A stretch of 60,798 nucleotides of DNA, counting the filler, from Basidioascus undulatus (lineage: Eukaryota): NCBI GenBank assembly GCA_000826855.1. It is 8 parts of 8 records of this genome, joined end to end, with 100 filler letters (N's around TTAATTAATTAA, not from the genome) between each part and the next. Parts side by side here need not be neighbours in the genome. Positions count along the whole stretch, not along the records: positions 30,597 to 56,117 come from JTLS01000212.1; positions 56,218 to 60,798 come from JTLS01002120.1; 6 more parts are not named here. One strand, given 5' to 3'. Within the stretch, counting starts at the first letter, position 1; each line of letters begins with the position of its first letter. This document shows, one piece after another, positions 51,840 through 60,798 of the stretch. A program made the translations under genes and the position numbers. A model generated the notes under the pieces. It saw nothing but the letters and a program-made list of their open reading frames with translations. It was not told the DNA's origin and searched no databases.

Positions 51840-54800
51840 ATGCGTTCCACGGCCGTCCTCCTCGCACTCGCCACTGCCGCTTCGGCTCACCCAACCGCGA
51901 AGCACTTCAGTCGGAGCTCAGCATCCCTCGCTCCTCCACTTTCCGAGCGCGACCACGCAACGACTCGCTGGCACGTCACGGGGAGCGGCGAGGAGATCCT
52001 CCACTATGCACCGCAGAAGCGGTTCAAGGTGAGTGGAAGACGCGAAGGCCTTCGCGCTCCCGGGTAGAGGGCTTAAGATTCTTGGTGGTCCTCTTCAGAC
52101 GTTCGGCAAGTCGACCGAGCATTCGCTCATGCACAAGCGCCAGCTCAACCCGAACATCACCGCGCCTGAGATGGCGATGCAATGGGTCGCGCGGCAGACC
52201 GGCGTCTCGGACCTTTCCGTGTCGACTTCCTTCGCGTGGGCGGGCTTGGAATGCGTGTACGTCAAATTTTCTCCTCGTGGGCAAACCGAACGCGAGGCTG
52301 CGGATTGACTCGGGTGCGGCGCTCCAGGTACATGAAGCAAATGGTCCGGCATCCCTATCGGCAACACCGCGTCCAACGTCGCCATGACGGGCGACGCCGG
52401 CTCGCGCGTAATCGCGTTCGGGTCCAACTTCGTGGACACGACGTCCCTCGCCGCGACTACTCCGTCCCCGACGCCGGCTCTCACCCCGCAGCAGGCCGTG
52501 GCAGCCGCCGAGCAGCGCCTGGGGGCGACAAGCAACGGCGCCCAGCCTACGCTCGAGTACATCGTTGCTCAGGACGGGTCTTTGAAGCTCACCTACAAGT
52601 ACGTCCGCTCTTTCTGGGCGGTCGTTCTAGACCGGGTGGCGGCTGAACTGCAGGCGTCTGCAGCGTCCAGGTCAAGCAGCCCGCAGCAGATTGTACGTCG
52701 ATGTGGTTTGTACCGCCGCGAATCTTGCTGAACTGCGGTATCATCAGGGTACGCGGCCAACGTCGACGCCTCGACGGGCGACATCGCGCAGCTCAGCAAC
52801 TACGTCGCGCACGCCTCGTTCCGCGTGACGGACTTTCGCTCGTCTGACCCGGTCAACGGGCGCATTCTCGCCGTGAACCCGGAGAACCTTCAGGCATCGC
52901 CCGAGGGCTGGACGACCGTGAAAGACCAGGCGACCAACTCGACCCAGGGCAACAATGCGCAAGTCCCTTCCTTCTTGACCCCCGCCGCCGTATCGCCATC
53001 GTAGCGCTGACCTGAACTCCGGCGCAATCTCAGGGTCGTCTTCAAGTTGTCGGTGCGCGGCAGAGGCCAGCTTACGGCCGAAACGGCGCCGGGCACGTTC
53101 GACGTTGATCTCGATCTGACGGCTGAGCCTAACGTCGGGACGAACGTCGACGCAGCCCGGATCAATCTCTTCGCTGTGGCGAACTTGATGCATGGTGCGT
53201 AAGAAGACTGTCTGTCGCTTCGGCAGCCGAACTAAGTCGCGGGGCGCTGTAACAGATTTGTCCTTCCAGTACGGCTTCACGCCAGCGACAGGCAGTACGC
53301 CCACTCTTGCGCTCACGATCCCAATTGATCTCCGGGCTGACTTGGTATCGTACGTTCTGTAGACTTCCAAGCCGACAACGGCGGTCAAGGTGGCAAAGGC
53401 GGCGATCCTGTGATGGTTTCCACGCAAGACCCCAGCGGCGTCAAGTACGAACCTCCTTCGCCTGTCTCGTCAGACGCATACGATGAACCCTCTCCTCGTC
53501 GAACAGCAACGCCAATTTCGGAACGCCTCCGGACGGGGGGTCGGGCGAGGTACGCCTGCGAGTGCCTCGCCCTTCACCTTCCAGATGCTGACCCTTTCGC
53601 CTCTGAACAGATGAACGTGCGCGTGGACTTCCATTCCAAGCTGCTTTAGCGCTGACTCGCGCGAGGCCTTCCCAGATGTTCCTCTTTGATTTGACGGCGC
53701 CCGGCCGCGATGGAGGGCTCGACAATTCAATTCCCATACACGAGGTAAGCCTCCCCCCGAACGCCCACGCGACGCAAGAGCGAACACTGACCGTGCTTGT
53801 TATAGTATACGCACGGCATCACGAGCAGACTTGTACGCCTTGCGTCCCTCCGCATCATTGCTTTGCTCAATGCTTCACGACCTCGCAGGTCGGAGGTGCC
53901 GCGGACGGTGCTTGCCTGCAGACCAATGAGGTACGCAGACCTGGCGTGCAACCCGCAGTGCTGATTCTGAAGCTCTTTTCCGCAGGCTGGTGGTCTTAGC
54001 GAAGGCTGGTCCGATGCTCTCGGTATGTCTCTGCCTAAGCAACCTACTCTGCGTTCCCCGACTTACGCAGCCTGCTTCCCGAGCAGCCATCGCTATCGGG
54101 CAGGCCAGGTAAGTCGTTGCATCGGATCTGAACAAGCCGACAACGGTCCTCAGTCGCTTGGCAAAAGGCCTCTGAGCATTTCAGCGCAAGCCGCTAACAG
54201 GCACGGCGGGGTCGTTTCGCAGCGGTGCCGTGCATGATATCCGTACGTTCTGCTCATGCTTACCATAGCACTCATCCTGCTGAACGCTTCAACATTGTGC
54301 ACGGTAGCTGTCGGCGCTCTGTACACTTCATTTTCACTCGCGGTCGAAGCACCCCTGCTGAATGGCTATTGCAGTGTCACCAATCAAGCGGCCGGTATTC
54401 GCTCCCAAATCTGTCCGTATCGCCCTTCATGCTGCGACAACTTTCTGCTGATCTGCACGGAATAGATTCTACCAACGTCAACACCAACACTCTCAAGTGC
54501 GAGAAGAATATCCATGCGCTATTCCCACCGAACGGCAACTCACGCGCACCGTCTTTCAGGTTCTCGGATCTCGCTCAACGCACCGAGGTCCACGACGCAG
54601 GTGAAGTTTGGTCTTCCATGCTCTACCAGGTTCGCCTCCCGTACCGTTGCATCTCCACTGGTCCCGTAAAGGAGGCTGAGAAATGCTGTCGTGAAGGTCT
54701 ACGGCAACCTCGTCGCAGCTCAGGGGTTCGCGGACGACATATTTAACAGCCAGCAGGCGGCTGGCAATATTGCATGGATGCAGCTCTTCCATGATTCCCT

Positions 54801-55160
54801 TATGTGCGTTGGTGCACCTTAGACAAGCGACGTTCCGCTCTAACACCCACCACAGGCTTTGCCCCTGCAACCCGACGGTTCTGGAAGCCCGCGACGCATG
54901 GTGCGCAATTTCGGGACGCTTGGATCGCAAACAGCTCAGCGTCGTCTTCACTCCCCTCTCATGCAGGATCTAGGCCGACGCCAACCGCTTTAACGGTGCT
55001 AATGAGTGCTTGCTGTGGAACGTGAGTCTGCTGCGGCGATCAAACCCAGGAACCAAGTCTCACCCCTGAGGCCTGCAGGGCTTCGCCACTCGTGGCGCGG
55101 GCCTCAACGCGAGCGCTCGGATCAGGATTGACAGCTTCGACGTTCCGGCAAACTGCGCGA
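51840..55160 (+). pseudogene. Fungalysin (M36 extracellular metallopeptidase), disrupted
   Basis: Signal peptide MRSTAVLLALATAASA, propeptide, QYGFT..GNFQ, NNANFGTPPDG, IPIHE|YTHGITSRL, GLSEGWSD, EVHDAGEVW, PCNPT..ARDAW. Frameshift at ~52347 and in-frame TAG at 54971-54973 (WI*ADANRF). Confidence 0.88.
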
Positions 55161-56117
55161 CGCAGGCGCCGACGCTACGCCGCCTGCTACGCCTCAACCT
55201 AGGCCGGGCAGAGGCCAGTGAGACGGCGACCGGAAGGGAATGGTCACTATCTTGCTTGGACGCTGCACTCTATGTATTTTTGAATTACCTACAACGTATT
55301 TGTCTGCATCACAACTACAAGACCGGCTCGGTAGCGGTACGGCGGTTCAGAGCGTATCCAAGTATCGTTTTGGATTTTTGTCGGTCCCCAGCACGATAGG
55401 ACAACCTCCGCTTGAGCCTGCCTTGTTTTCGCATTTTCGGTCAGTGGAGTATTCCTCTATGCGCGGACGCGGCACCGCGAACGATGCACGATCGCATCGA
55501 CGAGGGTATGGAAGTACCAGCGCATCATCGTCTCTCCTTCGTGCCCTCCACGAGTAGTAATCCGTTGCTTCAATTCGTTAAATGCAGCATTCTCTATTTA
55601 TTCAGACTCAGGAGCTGTATTTTCAAAGAGCTTTTAAGGGACACATATGATGTACACAAAACATGTACGTAGCTATCGACCCCGTTCACGCGTGTACTCC
55701 GTCAAAGCGCCCCGACTTTCAAGAGGCGTCCTGTGGTTTCGACAGGGAACAGCTTGTTACGAGAAGGAAGCATCCCATGTACATCTAGTACGACGAATAA
55801 TTTCTTGTTTTTCAGATCACTGAAACCCCGGGGAAACCTGAAAATGAACCAACGTGGACGCGAAGCAAGGGAAAGGGGATCGTGACCAGCTCGAGTACAA
55901 CTGTGACCAAAGTGCCCAAGTTGAAGATTGTGCCCGGATTAAGGCAAAAAGAATGAAAACCATCGAAGAGTTCAAAAAAGCAACACGGAAGCCCAGAGGA
56001 TAAAGGAGAGAGAGTGGATGTGTGTGGGAAGGAAAGACAAGACGGGTGGGGAGAGGGGGAGGTGGGGTAGGCGCGGCTGCTGAAGTTCCCTGGTGCGTTC
56101 ACGCACACACTCAAGCG

Positions 56118-56217
56118 NNNNNNNNNNNNNNNNNNNNNNNNNNNNNNNNNNNNNNNNNNNNTTAATTAATTAANNNNNNNNNNNNNNNNNNNNNNNNNNN
56201 NNNNNNNNNNNNNNNNN
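56118..56217. other. Artificial contig linker
   Basis: 44N + TTAATTAATTAA + 44N. Confidence 0.99.
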
Positions 56218-59200
56218 GCGAGCCACTGCTTGCCGTCGCAGACGCCGCCGGGCATGCGGATGCGGACCATGAACGAGTACGCGGGCTCGAGGCCCTGCGC
56301 CTTGCGCTCCTCGCGAATGTCGCGGTCGTCCTGCTGGTAGATGCCGTGGAACTTGGTGAGCTGGCCATCGGACTCGGCGAGCGCGCCCGTGCTCGTGTCC
56401 TTGAGGCCGTCGGCGATCGTCCCGCGCAGGTAGTTGGACGCGATCTTGATGTGCTCGTTCGTGATCGGCTCCGGCTCCTTCTCGGTGATCTCGACGTTGT
56501 CGACGCCGAGCGCCTTCCACAGCTTGGGCTCCCACGCCTTGTACCCCGTCTCCGCGCCGTCCGGGTCCTGGTCATCGCCGAGGCCGAGGTCGGCCATGCG
56601 GCTCGCGCCGAGATGCTCCAGGCGCGCGTCGAGGTCCTTCGACGGCTTGTTGTAGTAGTGCGCGTCCTCGGGCCGCGGCCAGTAGTGGCTGTCGCCCATG
56701 CCGAACACGGTGTAGTTCACGTCGGCGAGGAGTGCGCCCGCCTCGGGCTTGGCCAGTTCAGCCGCGATCGTCTTGAACGTCTCGCGCGCATTCTGGGGCG
56801 GCTCACCCTGCCCCGCGGTGGACGTGATGAACGCGACGTGCTTCTCGAGCTTGAGGTCCTCGAACGGGAAGTCGTCCATCGCGAGCAGGCGCGCCGCGAG
56901 CCCGCGCGTCTTGGCGCGCGCCGCAACGCGCTTGGCGACCTTCTCCGCGTTGCCGCCGTCGGACGCGAAGAGAACGAGGAGGGGCGGGCCGTCGAGCGCG
57001 CCGAGGAGGGCGTCGAACGCCTCCTTGGCCTTGCGCTTCTGCGCGGCCTTGAGGCCGTGGCCCTCGGAGCCGACGAGCGCGGGCGCGAGCTCGGGCTGGG
57101 CGCGGACGAGGTTCGAGAGGTGGTTCTGACGGTCGAGGAACTCGCGCAGGTCGGCCTTGATGCGCTCCGAGTCGAGCTTGAACACGTCCTCGTCCTTCTT
57201 CTGGCTCGGGTCCCAGCGGTAGAGCGGCCAGTAGCCCGAGTCGACAGCGGTCTTGGTCTCCTTAAGGATCTCGAGCGCGGGGCTCGCCTCGGACGTGTAG
57301 GGGAGGTACGCGATCACGACGGACGGGCCCTGGAACTTGTCGGCCTCGATGAGCGCGTGGAGGACCTGCGTGTACGACGCGTACACGGCGACGGACGCGA
57401 CGTAGACGTCGCCATGGTTCATCGCGTACAGGCCGACGTCCTTCTTGCGCTTCGCCGGGTCCTGCGCCTCGCGCTGCGAGTACGGCAGCGAGTCGATCAC
57501 GAGCACGTTGACGTTCTTGCCTGACGAGACGACATGGTGGAGGCCCGAGAACCCGACGTCGTACGACCACGCGTCGGAGCCGATGATCCACCGCGACTGG
57601 GGTGCCAGCGTGTCCCGGTTCTCGAGGATGCGCGCCGCGGCCGAGTGCGCGGGCTTCTCCTTCTCCAGCAGCTCGAGCAGCACCGCGCCGAGCTTCCCGC
57701 CCGTCTTGGCGTCGTCCCGCCCGATGAGCCACTTCGCGAGCGCGTCGTGCAGCTCGTTCGACGTCGCGCCCTGGGCGGAGACGAGCTCGGAGACGGCCGC
57801 GACCGCGGCCTCGCGGCGCTCGAACGCGGCGAGCGTCGAGCCGAATGCGAACTCGGGCGTCGTCGCCTCGGGGCCCTCGGTCGGGACGAGCGAGGGAGAG
57901 TTGACGACAGCGAGGCGGTCGCCGAAGATTTCCTCGAGGAGCTTGGTGTACGCGCCCTCGTGCTTGGGGACGTGCACGTCGAGGCTCGCCTTAGCCGCGG
58001 ACGAGAGCTCGCCGACAACCTGGCCGTGCTGGGGCTCGGCAGCGGCAAGGTTGGCGAGGACAGCCTGGACTGCTTTCTGCTTGAGAGACGTTCTCGCTCA
58101 GTTGTATGTTCGCGGCTGACTTCGAAAAGAAAGGAAGACGTACGGGAGCCGAGGCCTCGTCCACCGCACCAAGAACACCGCTTACAAAGACGGGAGCCTC
58201 ACGCCCCTCCGCAGCAGCGAACGCGCTGACGACGTCCCTGTAGAACAAAGAAGAGAGTCAGTTAAGTAGAGCTTAAGAGCTTGATGGAGAAGTGGATGCT
58301 CACAGGAACAGCGGGGCAAAGCGAGTGATCTTCTTGCTGACCTGCTCGAGGACAGCGACCTTCTTGACCGAGGCGGGGACAAGGTCGAGCAAGCGGGAGG
58401 GAACGAAGGGGCGGTAGAGGTGGACGGCGAGGACGCCGGTGTTGGCGGTGGATGGTGCGTGGGCGAGGAGGGCGGCGGAGGCAGAGCCGAAGGTGATGAG
58501 GAGGTTGTCGGGGGAAGTCGGGCCGGCGTAGGTGAAGGGGCGCTGTGGCCGGCGGGCGACGAGGACGGTCGCGAGCGCAACCCTGTCGAACGCCTTCGCG
58601 AGCTCGGGGACGTCCTCGGCGGCGGCACCGTTCACGCCGTTGCCGTTGGCCTTGGGGATCGCCCGCTCCGCCACCAGGTATTCCCTGAGCTCGTTCTCCG
58701 TGAGCTCGGCGAGCTCACCCTCCGCCTCCTCGAACACGTGCAGGACACCCGAGCGCGTCTTCTTCGCAAGCTTGCTCGCGATCAGAGCGTGGTCGTGCGC
58801 CTCGGCGAGCGTCGCGGAGAAGAGGACCGCGAGGCCGGACGAGCGCAGCGCGAGGACGTCCGCGAGGTCGCCGCCCTGCTCAACGGCAACGTGAAGGACT
58901 GCGGGGGCAGAGCGGAGGGCGGCCGCGTGGGGGATGAGGCGGGTGAGGAAGATCGGGTCCGCGGGGGCGGTGAGGGAGACGATGGGCTGCTCGGCCTCGT
59001 CCGCCGCTGCGGTCGCAGCATGCCGGGCGAGGTTCTCCGCCGGGTCGGCGCGGGCGTGGGAAGACTCGACCAGCGGGCGGGCGGCAGTCGAGGTGGAAGA
59101 CTGCAAGGCCGAGTAGGTCGCCGCGAAGGAGGACGGCGCGGAAGAGGCGGGGAGGACAGAGACGACCGCCGAGGACGAGAGGTAGGCGATCCGCGCCACC

Positions 59201-59226
59201 GCGGCGGAGGAAGTCTTGGGCGCCAT
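56218..59226 (-). CDS. MET5: Sulfite reductase (NADPH) beta/hemoprotein subunit, 3'-truncated
   Basis: [49 protein letters not shown], flavodoxin [64 protein letters not shown]. 2 introns near 58080-58300. Confidence 0.96.
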
Positions 59227-59861
59227 TTTGGATGGGAGAAGGGAGAAAAAAGGAAAAGGAGGCGGAGGAGAGGAGATCGGGTTGAGAGGTGTGGCAAGCA
59301 ACTGAGTATCGACGACGCAGGGCAGGGCGAAGGGGCGAAGGGAGAAGACGCTTGAATCAGCCCCGTGTCGATCGCGCAGTACACCGCGGCAATCCCCAGA
59401 ATTCGCGGATTGACAGAACTCACCTGATTAAGACGACCGCTACGACCTGAGCGAGAAGTACAACAGTGCAGGCGTAGAGGGCAGCGGGCGGGGAGGAAGG
59501 AGGTGATGCCCTGGTCGAGAGCCCTCACTCAAAACTCGCGAGAGTAAGGCGTGCTTAGTTTCGATCGGCCTAATGGCCCGGACCGACCGGCCTATTACCT
59601 GCGACCAATCCAGGCCAGTGCGTTGCGGTCAAAACCGCAGTTGACCGTCTTCTTCCTGCATATTGCAAGCAATGCAACGAATGCACACCTCGTTTATAAT
59701 CACAATTATCTGTTTAATCTCCCCAAGATTGGCCAAAGGCACAGTAAACGAGCGACTTCTACTGGGACCCGAGCCAGAGGCACACTGGCGATGCGCTTGC
59801 TGCTCGCTGATCCGTCTTCTCGCTTCGCTTCCGTCCCTGCTTGCTCACCAAAGCCCGTCCC

Positions 59862-60320
59862 ATGCCGCCGCCCACGCACGCCCCCGACTTCTCCTCGCAG
59901 ACCTACTGGCAGACGCGCTTCACGTCCACGCCCTCGCCCTTCGAGTGGCTCGGCCCATCCGCGCTGCTCGAGCCCTTCCTCCGACCCTTCCTCTCCTCCC
60001 CCTCCCCTCCCTCAGTGCTCCACATCGGGTGCGGCACCTCCTCCCTCTCCCTATCTCTCCGCCGGCTCCTCCCTCCCCACACCCCGCCCCGCGCTATCCT
60101 CAACGTCGACTTCTCTGCGCGCGCTGTCGAGCTCGGGCGCGCGCGCGAGCGCGAGGAGTTTGGCCTAGAGGGGATGCGGTGGGCGACTTGCGATCTGCTT
60201 GACTTTTCGAACCTCCTTGACGCGGTGGGTCCCTCCGGACTCGAGGACAAGTTCGGCCTCATAGTCGAAAAGAGCTGTATAGACGCGCTCGCCTGCGGTC
60301 CGGACGTCCCTACCGCTCGC
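59862..60320 (+). CDS. Class I SAM-dependent methyltransferase (EEF1AKMT4/METTL13-N-like), C-terminus missing
   Basis: PDFSSQTYWQTRF..FEWLG..VLHIGCGTSSLS..ILNVDFS..MRWATCDLL..LIVEKSCIDALACG. Confidence 0.8.
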
Positions 60321-60798
60321 CCCTTCTCTCTCCCTCCCCAACCCTCATCCCCGCCCTCCCCCGGCAGCTCCGGCACGTCGAAGTGCGCCTGCACGTGCTC
60401 GAGTCCTTCCTCGGCCTAGCGCTCAAGTCGGCACCGCCCGCGCTCTCCTTCCTTGCTGACGCCGCCGCGCGCTTTGCCGCGCAAGCATACACGCCCGAGC
60501 AGGCTGAGTGGGAGACCGGGCGCGCGGCGTGGCGCGCCCAGTCGGTCGCCAAGGCACTCGAGGAAGTCAGCTCGAAGTTCGCCCCGTATGTCGAGAGGCC
60601 CGACGACGAGAGCCCGCTCAAGGTCGCTGGGCCGCCTGCGCCCGCGAATGCGGCGGGAGGGAAGGGAAGCCCTGCTGGGGGAGTGGGGGCAAGCACCCCG
60701 GCCCCTGCGGCGTCCACAATCGCGAAGGCGGCTGGGAAGGCGCCGGCTCAACCACAACCACAACCACCAATACCATAGCTCCTTCTCAAAAACCCAAC

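Noticed and set aside
2216..54973. TAA/TAG-to-Gln stop-codon reassignment: in-frame TAA (2216) and TAG (54971) fall where Gln is expected, and most intact genes end in TGA
   Set aside because: The same genes also have frameshifts. I saw no internal TAR in the intact genes (MET5, HUS1, PEX13, Maf), PEX13 ends on TAG, and CAR>TAR is the commonest nonsense transition. A Codetta-type genome-wide analysis would settle it.
7009..56217. Regularly spaced TTAATTAATTAA repeats about 4.7 kb apart
   Set aside because: Artificial six-frame-stop linkers between similarly sized contigs, not a biological array.
56346..59355. Long plus-strand ORFs (392, 311, 231 aa) and similar ORFs opposite COG5/PEX13
   Set aside because: Antisense shadows of GC3-rich genes, with no independent motifs.
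1..60798. CRISPR arrays, rRNA, prokaryotic defence or operon-type systems, telomeric repeats
   Set aside because: None seen. The sequence is intron-rich fungal DNA.

Overview
Eukaryotic (fungal, basidiomycete-like; short GT-AG introns with GTGCGT/GTACGT/GTCCGT donors) draft-assembly sequence. It consists of eight contigs joined by artificial 100-bp linkers (44N-TTAATTAATTAA-44N), so adjacency across linkers is meaningless. Intact, GC-rich housekeeping genes: PEX13, a DUF1748 protein, mitochondrial S17, COG5, HUS1, a Maf-like pyrophosphatase, a partial sulfite reductase beta subunit (MET5), an EOS1-like gene and two intron-containing tRNA-Ala(AGC) genes. Most recognisable accessory genes carry frameshifts and/or premature stops: a Dal5-type MFS permease, a DUF4246 protein, an atypical kinase, a Zn2Cys6 factor, F-box, BTB and MYND proteins and an M36 fungalysin. 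This suggests ongoing genome erosion. The most unusual structure is a 4.6-kb contig (25909-30496) bounded by perfect 81-bp terminal inverted repeats. It carries an intact intron-containing Zn2Cys6 transcription factor and no visible transposase, so it is a candidate gene-carrying non-autonomous DNA transposon or invertible segment. Several probable chimeric or mis-assembled junctions are also visible. All family assignments are from motif recognition by eye, not database searches.
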